Source: Candidatus Latescibacterota bacterium (GTDB lineage: Bacteria > Latescibacterota > UBA2968 > GCA-2709665). From it: a DNA stretch of 64,000 nt. The stretch's first letter is position 1; every line of letters begins with the position of its first letter. The notes below the pieces were generated by a model that was not told where the DNA came from, ran no database searches, and saw only the letters and a program-made list of their open reading frames with translations. This document shows positions 42,248-51,933 of this stretch, piece by piece. The stretch lies in the NCBI GenBank assembly GCA_965205485.1, contig OZ242180.1, forward strand, positions 1,952,001 through 2,016,000, in the 5' to 3' direction. A program made the position numbers and the translations under genes.

Positions 42248-42988
42248 ATGGGTCGTATGGACGGAAAGGTCGCGCTGGTGACCGGCGGCGGCACAGGAAT
42301 CGGCAGGGCGACCTCCCTGCTCCTCGCCTCTGAAGGGGCTGACGTGGCCGTCAACTACTCGCGTTCGAGAACCGAAGCCGAAACCACGGCCGCGGAAATC
42401 CGCGCGCTTGGCCGGAACGCCATCGCCATCTGCGCGGACGTGTCGGTCGAAAGCGTCGTCCGTGAAATGGTGGACCGCGTGGCTGAGGAACTGGGTCGAT
42501 TGGACGTCTTGGTCAACAATGCGGGTACCACTGTCTTTGTGCCGCTTGCCGACCTGGAGGCGCTTACCGAAGAGGCTTGGGACCCGGTCTTCGACGTCAA
42601 TGTCAAGGGCGCTTTCTACTGCGCGCGGGCAGCCATACCGAAGATGCCCGAGACGGGTGGACAGATCGTCAACGTGGCGTCGATCGCGGGTACGTGCGGG
42701 CAGGGAAGTTCCATTGCCTATTGCGCCTCCAAAGCGGCGCTGATATCCCTCACCAAATCCCTGGCCATCAGCCAGGCGCCCCGCATTCGGGTAAACGCCG
42801 TGGCCCCCGGCATCGTCAACACGCGCTGGGTGAAAGGCTGGGACGAATTCATCCGGGTGAATCGCGAGGCCACGCCCCTCCAGCGCGTCGCGGAGCCGGA
42901 AGACATCGCAAACGCGATTCTGGGCCTGGCCATCAACGAACTGGTCACCGGCCAGGTTCTGGTTGTGGACGGCGGCAAGACGATTTAG
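42248..42988 (+). CDS. SDR family oxidoreductase (FabG-like)
   Basis: TGGGTGIG, NNAG, YCASK, VDGG. Confidence 0.92.
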   Translation: MGRMDGKVALVTGGGTGIGRATSLLLASEGADVAVNYSRSRTEAETTAAEIRALGRNAIAICADVSVESVVREMVDRVAEELGRLDVLVNNAGTTVFVPLADLEALTEEAWDPVFDVNVKGAFYCARAAIPKMPETGGQIVNVASIAGTCGQGSSIAYCASKAALISLTKSLAISQAPRIRVNAVAPGIVNTRWVKGWDEFIRVNREATPLQRVAEPEDIANAILGLAINELVTGQVLVVDGGKTI

Positions 42989-43042
42989 CCCACACTCACA
43001 TAAGTTTTGCAGTCGCAAGAATCCAGTCTCGCCGCGTGGTCA

Positions 43043-43170
43043 TTGAGCTCGTCGAAATGCCCGCGTCTCAATATCCGTAATGGGCCAATTGACAATCCTT
43101 CGCCGACCCTTCGACAAGCTCAGGGAGCGGCTCAAGGCTAACGCGCAGGTTCCTGAGCCTGCCGACAAGG
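43043..43170. repeat. REP-like cluster CCCTTCGACAAGCTCAGGG
   Basis: Inverted match to 8894-8943. Confidence 0.75.
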
Positions 43171-43240
43171 AATGCAGGACAGGCGACTCGTCGGCTGAAT
43201 TCGGGAAACTTTGTTCCGGGACAGTACACTGATCACCGAA

Positions 43241-44197
43241 ATGAAATCCCAGACAGTTGCGGTCGTCGGCCTGGGCACGATGGGCCACGGCATCGCGCAG
43301 GCATTCGCGGCGGCAGGCCACCCGGTCCGCTGCTATGACGAATCCCCACCAGCCCGTGACTCTATTTCCGGCCGTATCGAGTCGAACCTGCGGCAACGCA
43401 TTCAGGCGGGGATGGATACACCCGATTCCGCCCGGGAAACGCTTGAACGCATCACGGTTTTCAGCAGCGAACGCGAAGCCGTGGAACCCGCCGGGTTTCT
43501 CACGGAAGCCGTTCGAGAGGACCTCGACGTCAAGCGGGAGCTCTTCGCCAGAGTGGAAACCTCTGTCTCGCGGGAGACGATTCTGGCCAGCAATACGTCG
43601 TCTTTTCCCATGACCGAAATCGCCCGGGACCTCTTGCATCCCGGGCGAGCCGTGGTGACCCACTGGTTCAATCCCCCTCACATCGTACCGCTTGTGGAAG
43701 TCGTACCCGGCCAACGTACGACCGAGCGGACCGCACAGACCGCGGTAGACGTCCTGAAGAAAATCGGCAAGGTGCCGGTCCGCCTCAAGAAGGAACTACC
43801 GGGTTTCCTGGTCAACCGGATCCAGGTCGCCATGCAGCGCGAGGTCTGGGACCTGCTTGACCGGGGCGTTGCCGAGCCGGAGGACATCGACCGGGCGGTC
43901 CGGGCAAGCGTCGGATTCCGGTTGGCCGCTACGGGACCTCTTTCGGTTCGGGACTTTGGGGGTCTCGACGTCTCTGCTCTGGTCTACGGGATTCTGGTTC
44001 CTGAAATCCGGTCGGACACCGAGCTCCCGGGAAGCATCCGGAAGCTGGTCGAAAACGGGCACTACGGTGTGAAGACCGGCCGCGGTTTCCACCAGTATAC
44101 GCCCGGATCCATCGATCAGGTACGAAACCGGCGGGACCGGCTCTTCCTGGCGCTGCTCAAACTGCTCTATGAGGATGAGGAAACCAGCGAACTATAG
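43241..44197 (+). CDS. 3-hydroxyacyl-CoA dehydrogenase family protein
   Basis: GLGTMG, EAVRE...K, ASNTS, HWFNPP, PGFLVNR. Confidence 0.9.
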   Translation: MKSQTVAVVGLGTMGHGIAQAFAAAGHPVRCYDESPPARDSISGRIESNLRQRIQAGMDTPDSARETLERITVFSSEREAVEPAGFLTEAVREDLDVKRELFARVETSVSRETILASNTSSFPMTEIARDLLHPGRAVVTHWFNPPHIVPLVEVVPGQRTTERTAQTAVDVLKKIGKVPVRLKKELPGFLVNRIQVAMQREVWDLLDRGVAEPEDIDRAVRASVGFRLAATGPLSVRDFGGLDVSALVYGILVPEIRSDTELPGSIRKLVENGHYGVKTGRGFHQYTPGSIDQVRNRRDRLFLALLKLLYEDEETSEL

Positions 44198-44265
44198 GGT
44201 TCGGATAATCCCGCGTGCAGCATCAGTATCGTTCCGAAATCTGCAAGATCCCTTAAAGCGTCGCG

Positions 44266-44415
44266 TGGGGGGTTTTTCCGTGTTAATCCGTCATGCACGT
44301 AAACATAGTTACTCCTGAGGTGTTCGTAGGCCACCAAATCCATTTGTGTCCCGGTCCGATGGGCGCAGCAAGAAAAAGGGCAAGGGAATAGGGGACGTTT
44401 TGGGGGTGGGGAAGT
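44266..44415. repeat. TTTTTCCGTG structured element, copy 5 (internally deleted)
   Basis: 5' arm and core match the other copies; 3' tail matches 35880-35915; right arm missing. Confidence 0.75.
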
Positions 44416-45523
44416 TCTTGATCCGGGCCTGCGACCGCCAGCCGACCGATCCATGTCCGGTCCGATCCGGATCGAATGGGCCTTCACCAGACACATCACG
44501 GTGTCCCGCCTTGAGGCCCAACTCTTCCAGCGCCTCCAGGGTCACCTCCACGGCCAGCCGTTTTCCCACGTCCACGTAGACCAGTTGCTTTCCGTCCACG
44601 TCCTGCATGTCAAGGATCCGACCCCGCATCGCATTGCGGATGCTCAGCCCCTCGGGCTGCTTTCTGCTCAGGATAATGTCGTTTGCCCGGATGCCGATGA
44701 AAATCCGGCTTCCCACCGGCCTGTCGCAGGGGGGTACCCGAAGTTCCTGATCTCCAAAACGTACGCGGCAGCCCTTTCGGATCCCGTCCTGTCCCACCAC
44801 CTCCACCGGCAGGACGTTTTCGAACCCGTGCGCCTCGGCCAGCGGCAGCACGTCGGGGAGATGGGCAACGTGAAAGAAGTCGCCGTGGGCAAGCACGCGC
44901 CCGGCCTTCAGTACGATCACCTGGCCCGTCAGCTCCAGGATCTCCGCGACCGAGTGGCTCACGTAGAGGATCGGTATGCCCAGGTCCGACCTGATGTGCC
45001 GCAGGTAGGGGATGATGCGATCTTTCAGCTCCTGATCCAGCGAAGCCAGGGGCTCGTCCATCAGGAGCAGATCCGGCGATGTCAGAATCGCCCGTGCAAG
45101 GGCCACCCGCTGCCGCTCGCCGCCGGACAGACGCGAGGGACGTCTGTTCAGGAGCCCCGTCAATCCCATCAGGTCCGCAATCGGCTCGACCTCGAACCGG
45201 CGCGACTCCGGAGACACGAGATCGTACCCGTAACGCAGGTTTTCCAATACCGACAGATGGGGAAACAACAGGTCTTCCTGAAATACGTACCCCACCCTGC
45301 GCTGTTCGGGCGGCAGATCGACACCGGTTTCGGACGAATAGAGCACGCGGCTCCCCAATCGGATCTCACCGGCGTCCGGCCGCAGCAGCCCCGCCACGAG
45401 GTTCAGCAGCGTCGTTTTCCCTGCTCCGGAAGGACCGAAAATTGCCGTCACGGGGTAGGGACAATCCACCGCCACGTCGAGGGTGAAATCGGTAAGCGCC
45501 CGCTTCGCGCGGATGGAGAGCAC
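44309..45523 (-). CDS. modC: Molybdate ABC transporter ATP-binding subunit; apparent frameshift near the C-terminus (about 44506)
   Basis: GPSGAGKT, LSGGERQR, LLMDEPLASLD, YVSH, SIRN; TOBE-type VMCLVKAHSI continues in another frame. Confidence 0.9.
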   Translation of the reverse strand: MLSIRAKRALTDFTLDVAVDCPYPVTAIFGPSGAGKTTLLNLVAGLLRPDAGEIRLGSRVLYSSETGVDLPPEQRRVGYVFQEDLLFPHLSVLENLRYGYDLVSPESRRFEVEPIADLMGLTGLLNRRPSRLSGGERQRVALARAILTSPDLLLMDEPLASLDQELKDRIIPYLRHIRSDLGIPILYVSHSVAEILELTGQVIVLKAGRVLAHGDFFHVAHLPDVLPLAEAHGFENVLPVEVVGQDGIRKGCRVRFGDQELRVPPCDRPVGSRIFIGIRANDIILSRKQPEGLSIRNAMRGRILDMQDVDGKQLVYVDVGKRLAVEVTLEALEELGLKAGHRDVSGEGPFDPDRTGHGSVGWRSQARIKNFPTPKTSPIPLPFFLLRPSDRDTNGFGGLRTPQE

Positions 45524-45524
45524 G

Positions 45525-46202
45525 TCAGTTTCTCCTCATTTTTCGGGCCACCGCCTCGCTGGCCACCAGCGCCGCGAATGACACGATCACGGACAGAATT
45601 GCCAGGCGCGCCACCGCGGCGTCCCCGCCCGGCCGGTTGATGTACGTGTAAATGGCGAGTGGCAGCGTCCGTGTCTCCCCGGCGATATTCGACACAAAGG
45701 TGATCGTCGCGCCGAACTCACCCAGGCTTCTTGCGAACGCCAGCAGCGCGCCGACCAGCAATCCGGGCGCGGCCAGCCGCATCGTTACCGTGCAAAAGAC
45801 CCGGAAAGGGCCCGCGCCCAATGTACGGGCAGCCTGCTCCAGACGGGGATCCACATGCTCTATGGCCAGACGAACGGCGCGCAGGGCCAGGGGGAACCCC
45901 ACAACGGCCGACGCCAGCGCGGCGCCCTTCCACGAAAAGGCAACCTGGATGCCCAGGGCTTCTTCGAAAAAGCCGCCCAGGATGCCGCGACGGCTGAACA
46001 GCAACAGCAGCACGTAGCCGGTCACGACGGGCGGCAGTACCAGGGGCAGGTGGCACAGCCCGTCCAGCAGCACTTTGCCCCGGAATTCGCGCCGGGCGAG
46101 CAACCATCCCAGGACCACCGCCGCCGGCAGGCTCAATGCGACGCAAACCAGCCCCACGCGAAGCGACAGGGCCAGAACCGCCCACTCTTCGGAGGTTAAC
46201 AA
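45525..46202 (-). CDS. modB: Molybdate ABC transporter permease
   Basis: LPLVLPPVVTGY, EQAARTLGA, FARSLGEFGAT, TLPLAIY. Confidence 0.95.
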   Translation of the reverse strand: MLTSEEWAVLALSLRVGLVCVALSLPAAVVLGWLLARREFRGKVLLDGLCHLPLVLPPVVTGYVLLLLFSRRGILGGFFEEALGIQVAFSWKGAALASAVVGFPLALRAVRLAIEHVDPRLEQAARTLGAGPFRVFCTVTMRLAAPGLLVGALLAFARSLGEFGATITFVSNIAGETRTLPLAIYTYINRPGGDAAVARLAILSVIVSFAALVASEAVARKMRRN

Positions 46203-46600
46203 ATCATCCTGCTCCAGTTGGAACCGGCTCCGCAAGGAAGAACCGGTCGAGTGTACCGTTATCTGTCTCCACACCGTATTGTGCAGACGTGATTATATAA
46301 CACGGTTCGCGACGCCGATCAAGCCGGATCTTTTCGAATTATTTCCTGAAAAACTGCTTACACCCTCAGATTTTACACATAAAGAAACGCCCCTGCCGCG
46401 GACAGGAGCGTCGGCCGGAGAATACTATTCTCCGGGGGGCAATAATCTTAGCACGATACAATCTGTCAACCTGACCCCGAGGTGTCAAGCGCTAATCCCA
46501 ATTGCAACATGCAATGAGATGGGCAGACAGGAATGTCTGCCCCACCTTCAAAGGCACTTCCTCGACGCCTCCACTTATCCTCCACGTTCCCCCTCGCCGT

Positions 46601-46625
46601 GTAGGGGCGTCCCTTGTGGGCGCCC
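46601..46625. repeat. GTAG-type REP palindrome
   Basis: GTAGGGGCGTCCCTTGTGGGCGCCC; single copy in the window. Confidence 0.55.
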
Positions 46626-46677
46626 TGCCTTCCGCGGCGGTCGACGGTCTATTTTTTCGTGGTTGATGAAAAAAAAC

Positions 46678-46706
46678 TTGCATTTCCGGACGCGATTGGT
46701 TAGTAT
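46678..46706 (+). promoter_or_regulatory. Sigma70-type promoter of the ytrA operon
   Basis: TTGCAT-17 nt-TAGTAT preceded by an A-tract. Confidence 0.7.
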
Positions 46707-46737
46707 ATTACTGTATCGGTTCACCGATACAGTAATA
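46706..46737. promoter_or_regulatory. YtrA/GntR operator
   Basis: Perfect 15-bp inverted repeat TATTACTGTATCGGT-TC-ACCGATACAGTAATA next to the -10 box. Confidence 0.8.
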
Positions 46738-46861
46738 CTGTTGACGAACCAGGTTGCGATGCGGCGCGAGAACTGAAATCCGGCGGGTTACCTGTGCAGA
46801 TGCCGTTCACGTAGACTTCATTGCGTTTTGCTGAGCCAAGGAAAGGACCAGGAGCGTCTTC

Positions 46862-47260
46862 ATGCTGCCCTTGCGCATCGATTCCGCCAATGGGGTTCCC
46901 ATCTACCTGCAGATGATGGAGCAGATCCGGTACCAGATGGCCCGGGGGGTGCTGAAGCCGCACGAAGAACTGCCCTCGGTGAGGGAACTCGCCGGCCAGT
47001 ACCTGATCAACCCGAACACGGTGGCGCGCGCCTATCGGGAGCTGGAGCGTGAGGGCTTCATCTACAAGAAGCGGGGGATGGGCACGTACGTCGCCGAGCG
47101 GGACGTAACCATGTCCCACGAAGAAAAGCTCGAGATTGTCAGAGAATTGCTCGACAAGGTGCTCGTTCAGGGCGTGGAACTGGAACTGAGCCCGGACGAA
47201 ATGGCGCAGGTGATCCGGGAACGCCTCGACCGGTTTCGGCAGCAGGAGGGAGACGATTGA
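46862..47260 (+). CDS. GntR family regulator, YtrA subfamily
   Basis: PIYLQ, LPSVRELA, INPNTVARAYRELE, RGMGTYV; short C-terminus; precedes an ABC ATPase. Confidence 0.93.
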   Translation: MLPLRIDSANGVPIYLQMMEQIRYQMARGVLKPHEELPSVRELAGQYLINPNTVARAYRELEREGFIYKKRGMGTYVAERDVTMSHEEKLEIVRELLDKVLVQGVELELSPDEMAQVIRERLDRFRQQEGDD

Positions 47261-47279
47261 CCGGGAGGAAGGAGTCATT

Positions 47280-48179
47280 ATGAACGGCACTGCGATCGCG
47301 ACAGAGGGCCTGACCCATCGCTTCGGCAAACTCACGGCCGTGGACGATCTGCACATGGAGGTGCCCGCGGGTACCGTGTGCGGTTTCCTCGGTCGCAACG
47401 GCGCCGGCAAGACCACGACGATCCAGATTCTCATGAACCTGCTGCGGCCCACAGCCGGGACGGCCGAGGTCCTGGGGCTGGATCCGGCCGCGGACTCCCT
47501 GGACCTCAGGCGGCAGGTCGGATACGTGGCCGAGAATCGTGTGATGTACGGCTGGATGAAGGTGCGTGAAATCGTGTGGTTCACCGGCCAGTTCTACGAG
47601 ACATGGAATCAGCCCCGGGTGGACGGGCTTATCAGCCGCTTCGGTCTGGACCCGGAGCAGAAGGTGAAGCATCTGTCCCGGGGGATGAACGCCCAACTGG
47701 CCCTCGCTCTGGCCCTGGGCCACGAGCCCCGGCTGCTGATTCTGGACGAGCCGGCCTCGGGGCTGGACGTGGTGGTGCGCCGCGATTTCCTGGAGAGCAT
47801 TGTCGGTCTCATCCAGGAGGAGGGACGCACGGTCTTCCTGTCCTCTCATCTCGTCCACGAGGTGGAGCGCGTGGCCGACCGCGTGGCCATTATAGACAAC
47901 GGCCGCCTGGTGGCGGAAGGCGCCGTGGACGACGTGAAGGGCTCTGTCAAGCGCGTGGTTGTGCGCGTGCCGGAAGGCGCGGATGATCTGTCGGATATCG
48001 AGGGCCTGCGCCAGGTGCAGGGAGAGGGTCCCCGGCGACTGCTGACAGTGGTGGGGTACGGCGAGGCGCAGGCCGCGCGCATCCAGGCGCAGGGCGGGCA
48101 AATCGAGGACGTCATGTACGTGGGCCTGGAGGAGGCATTCGTCGCCCACGTCCGGCCTGAAACAGGAGGACAGCCATGA
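47280..48179 (+). CDS. ABC transporter ATP-binding protein (YtrB-like)
   Basis: GRNGAGKTT, LSRGM, LILDEPASGLD, LSSH. Confidence 0.93.
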   Translation: MNGTAIATEGLTHRFGKLTAVDDLHMEVPAGTVCGFLGRNGAGKTTTIQILMNLLRPTAGTAEVLGLDPAADSLDLRRQVGYVAENRVMYGWMKVREIVWFTGQFYETWNQPRVDGLISRFGLDPEQKVKHLSRGMNAQLALALALGHEPRLLILDEPASGLDVVVRRDFLESIVGLIQEEGRTVFLSSHLVHEVERVADRVAIIDNGRLVAEGAVDDVKGSVKRVVVRVPEGADDLSDIEGLRQVQGEGPRRLLTVVGYGEAQAARIQAQGGQIEDVMYVGLEEAFVAHVRPETGGQP

Positions 48180-50269
48180 ACCCGACTCTGGCTCTTTTCT
48201 GGAAAGAAGGACGCGAGGCCGCCTATAAAGTCGCCGCATGTGCGGGGTTGGCGTTGATTGTCGGGCTGTTATGTAATCTGTGGGAGTATCCCCAACGCAG
48301 CATTCTCGACGCAGACGTCGGTACTGTCGGTCACTTCGTTGGGCTCATTGGAGCGGTGCTGATGGGGATGGATGCAATCGCGCGGGAGCGCAGCCGGACG
48401 ACGCTGCCGTTTCTGTTGTGTCGGCCCCTTGAAACCGGGAAGATGCTGCCCGTAAAATTCGTGATGGGTGCAGCAGGACTGCTGGCAATCCTGGCCGCGT
48501 ACTGGGGCGGTGTTTTTGTCGGTATGTCACTGGATGGAAGCTCGATCTTTGGTGAAGGCGGGTCCCACACCACTGTTTTTTCCATAACGTCGTCTATCCC
48601 GGCGGAGGAGACTCTGGCCGACGTCGGTTACGTCCGGGTACTGATGTTGTGGTTCCTGGTCTTTCTGATTCCGTACAGCGCTGCCGTACTGGTGTCGACG
48701 CTTACCGATCATCCCTTCAAGGCCGCTGTTATGTGCCTGATGGCCGCATGGGTGGCGACCGTATTCATTGGGATCGCGTGGAACTGGGGGCCGCCAATCG
48801 TGGCATTCTACTTCAGGCTCCTGTTCTCCATTGGCGTGCACGGCCACGCCGGAATCCTTCGAAAGGCGTTCGACGTACCTCTCTTATTGACCAGGGGAGC
48901 CGTAGCCGTCCTGGTCGCCGGAGCCATTCTGGTGTTGTCGTGTCGAGTGTTCAAACAGCAGGTCGGAAAGCGCTTTCAATGGACCGTAGGGGGCCTCGCG
49001 GCGATCTGTGCGATTGCAGTCGTTGGGATGGATGTCTACTGGTCCCGCCATGGACGCATGCTTGAACCGCCGGTGCACCCGATTGGCAGCCTTTCATACG
49101 AGATGAACGTGTCGGATCTGGCGTTAAAGGATGGAATGGCAGTCGTCCTTCTTGAGCGGGGCTTGAGCGTAGTGGACGTATCGGACCCGCAGTCGCCCGC
49201 TGAGATTGGCCGGGTGGAGAAGCCTGGATGGCGATTCCAAAGGTTAGCCCTGGCTGCGACCCGCGCCTATGTATGGGGCGAGTATCGGGACAGTGTGGGT
49301 GTAGCCGTGTTCAATCTCAGCCGGCCCGACCGCCCCCTCGTGCAGGCCGTGGACCTGTTGCACCCGGTTGAAGAGGGACCAACCCCGTGGTTGGAGCGAA
49401 TTCCCAGGCTCGTGGGGTGGGGCGTCTGGAATAACCATTTGTACGTCGGTTTACTCAGTAGCAACTTTCTGAAGTTACACGGTTTCGACGTACAGGAAAA
49501 TGGTCCGCCCCCATACATTCATGCGTTTCCAATCGTAGAAACACACAAACATGTCTGGAACAACGAGTGGGCAATGCGGGTTGTGGGACCTCGCCTGTTT
49601 CTGACTATCGGACACGATTTAGTAGTCCTTGATCTGGACGATCCAGGTGGTCCCAAGGTACTAAGCCGGACGCCGCTGCGTCGTTTTGGACGCTCCGTCG
49701 ACTATGAGAAATTGGTAGTTGAGGTCCTCGAAGGACTGGCTTCCGGCTCGACTATGGAACGCATAGAGAAGAAACTTGAGGAAACAAGACGGAGAATCGG
49801 GCCGGCGTATTGGCGCTTCTTCGAGTCCCGCGGGTTGCAATCCTCGCTGATTGCGGCGCCGCCCGGATTGGGACCCTTAACCGTCACCAAAGACAGAGTT
49901 TACATCGAACGACATCTCCCCCGCGAAATCGCGATCGTGGACATCAGCGATCCACGAAATCCGGTGGAGGTCGATTACCTCCCATGGACCCGACTGCCCA
50001 CGATGATGACAATCGACGGGGAATCCGCCTACGCCCTTCGCGGGAACGCAGTCCAGATGTACGCCAGGACAATTTACGGCGCGTATAAGCGAAAAGAGAG
50101 ACTCGGGTTGGATGATCGGTTGACGCGTCGGCTTGGTGCCGGCGTCTGGGGCTCTAACGCACAACAGACCGCACGTGGTCGGGATATGTTTATTCCGCAG
50201 GGCGATCATATCTACGCACTTCTGAAAAACCACCTGGCCATATTCGAGAATCCGAGGAAGACGGAATAA
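48176..50269 (+). CDS. ABC-2-type permease fused to an LVIVD-like beta-propeller domain
   Basis: WKE, ERSRTTLPFLLCRP, several TM segments, then LSVVDVSDP / VAVFNLSRP / LVVLDLDDP / IAIVDISDP repeats. Confidence 0.75.
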   Translation: MNPTLALFWKEGREAAYKVAACAGLALIVGLLCNLWEYPQRSILDADVGTVGHFVGLIGAVLMGMDAIARERSRTTLPFLLCRPLETGKMLPVKFVMGAAGLLAILAAYWGGVFVGMSLDGSSIFGEGGSHTTVFSITSSIPAEETLADVGYVRVLMLWFLVFLIPYSAAVLVSTLTDHPFKAAVMCLMAAWVATVFIGIAWNWGPPIVAFYFRLLFSIGVHGHAGILRKAFDVPLLLTRGAVAVLVAGAILVLSCRVFKQQVGKRFQWTVGGLAAICAIAVVGMDVYWSRHGRMLEPPVHPIGSLSYEMNVSDLALKDGMAVVLLERGLSVVDVSDPQSPAEIGRVEKPGWRFQRLALAATRAYVWGEYRDSVGVAVFNLSRPDRPLVQAVDLLHPVEEGPTPWLERIPRLVGWGVWNNHLYVGLLSSNFLKLHGFDVQENGPPPYIHAFPIVETHKHVWNNEWAMRVVGPRLFLTIGHDLVVLDLDDPGGPKVLSRTPLRRFGRSVDYEKLVVEVLEGLASGSTMERIEKKLEETRRRIGPAYWRFFESRGLQSSLIAAPPGLGPLTVTKDRVYIERHLPREIAIVDISDPRNPVEVDYLPWTRLPTMMTIDGESAYALRGNAVQMYARTIYGAYKRKERLGLDDRLTRRLGAGVWGSNAQQTARGRDMFIPQGDHIYALLKNHLAIFENPRKTE

Positions 50270-50603
50270 CTCACGGGCATTCAGACCATCACCGCCGCGA
50301 CCTGTCTGGCTTAAGAGTTAGCGCAACGGTTCGCCGGAATCTGGAGAGACCACGACCGCCATTGACGGCAGGCCGATGGATCACGCGGAACAGAAAGAAA
50401 CGTCGAACCGCGAGAGACGGAATAACGGCTCTACGGGATTCAGGATATACACGCCGGGCGACGTCAGCGAAGAGAACTGCAGGACCGAATCCCAACATAA
50501 GCAGTGAGGAAGCCGGAGTGAAGGTGGGGCGGACATTCCTGCCTGCCCGCATCGCCGGCCCTATCGCGTAAATGTCGCACTCACAGGCATTTAAGCCAGG
50601 AGA

Positions 50604-51725
50604 ATGGAGATGATTCCCAGATTCCTTAAGACACTGCTTGTCGTCACGAGCATCTGCGCTTGCGGAAGCGAATCGGTGATGATGCCGGACCTTGAACGGG
50701 GTCTCCACGAGGTTGGAAATCTGACTCGACCCCGGAATCTGCATGTCGCGACATTATTGCAGAATGGCAAGGTCCTGATTGCCGGCGGCAACGCGGCGCT
50801 ACCTCCTGCAGGAGAAGGTGTTGTGGAGCAGGATCTTCTTGTCAGCGCGGAGATTTTCGATCCTGAAACCGGGACCTCAACGCCAACGGGAGACATGAAC
50901 GCCAGTCGCAGCGAGGACCACGGAATACTGCTTCCCGACGGTCGGGTCCTGATTATATCCGGTTTTCTTAGACTCCCCATTGAGAAGTACGATCCTCATT
51001 CCGGCAGATTCGACGCCGTTGCAGACGCACCCTTTTCGGTCGGGACCCGGACTGCCACCGTGTTGCCCAACGGAGAGATCCTTTTAATCAGCGGGCACCC
51101 CGGGGGTGGACGATGGCGTGTTTTCGATCCCGCTAAAGGCACACTTTCCGACACATTCGCGATGGACCATCCCGGACGTGGCCATACGGCGACTTTGCTC
51201 AAGGACGGCCGCGTGCTGATCGTTGGAGGAGCCCACAGGGGAGTCGAGTTGACCGGACGGAATCTGATCTACGATTCCTCGTCGAATGGTTTTACGGAAG
51301 CCGGTCATCTGCAAGTCGACCGCTCGGGCCATACTGCCGTGCTTCTTGCGGACGGCAGGGTACTGATCGTTGGCGGTTTCGCCGGAAACGGGCGTCGCGC
51401 ACAGACGGCCGAGATCTACGACCCCGAGACGAACACCTTCTCGCCCGCCGGAACTTCCGCAATGGCTCCCATAGCCGCCCTTCTGCTGCCGTCCGGCAGG
51501 GTGTTTTTCATTCACTCTGAAAACGGCAATATCGCACTGTATAATCCGGACACTCAGGTATTTTCACCTACAGGACACAGCATAGGACAGTGGCGATCCG
51601 GGGCGACCGTGACGCTCCTCGATGACGGCCGCGTCGTTATCGCCGGCGGAGTGAAATGGAGTGATGGCGGTCATTCTGCCGTTCCTGAGTCGATTACGGA
51701 TCAGATTTCGATTTTCACACCTTAA
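50604..51725 (+). CDS. Kelch/galactose-oxidase-type beta-propeller lipoprotein
   Basis: Lipobox-like ICAC; repeated HTATLL-DGRVLI-GG...AEIYDP. Confidence 0.85.
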   Translation: MEMIPRFLKTLLVVTSICACGSESVMMPDLERGLHEVGNLTRPRNLHVATLLQNGKVLIAGGNAALPPAGEGVVEQDLLVSAEIFDPETGTSTPTGDMNASRSEDHGILLPDGRVLIISGFLRLPIEKYDPHSGRFDAVADAPFSVGTRTATVLPNGEILLISGHPGGGRWRVFDPAKGTLSDTFAMDHPGRGHTATLLKDGRVLIVGGAHRGVELTGRNLIYDSSSNGFTEAGHLQVDRSGHTAVLLADGRVLIVGGFAGNGRRAQTAEIYDPETNTFSPAGTSAMAPIAALLLPSGRVFFIHSENGNIALYNPDTQVFSPTGHSIGQWRSGATVTLLDDGRVVIAGGVKWSDGGHSAVPESITDQISIFTP

Positions 51726-51933
51726 CCTGCATCATTCAAAAAACTGGCAACAGGTGTTCCGTAACCCATCGACGTGCTGACCTCGCCTTCACGTTTGCAT
51801 CGAAACGACCAAGGGCAAGGGAGACGATTGTGCTTTTAACTGCGGGATTCAGGGCAATCTGTATTGTCGATTGCCAATTGTTGACGAATTCAGGCTGTTT
51901 GATTATTATTTCGGAAAAGAGGGGGTTTGACGT

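Noticed and set aside
46203..46500. Moco riboswitch or ModE box upstream of modB
   Set aside because: Only an imperfect CGTGATTATATAACACG palindrome or -10-like sequence is visible; not enough to call
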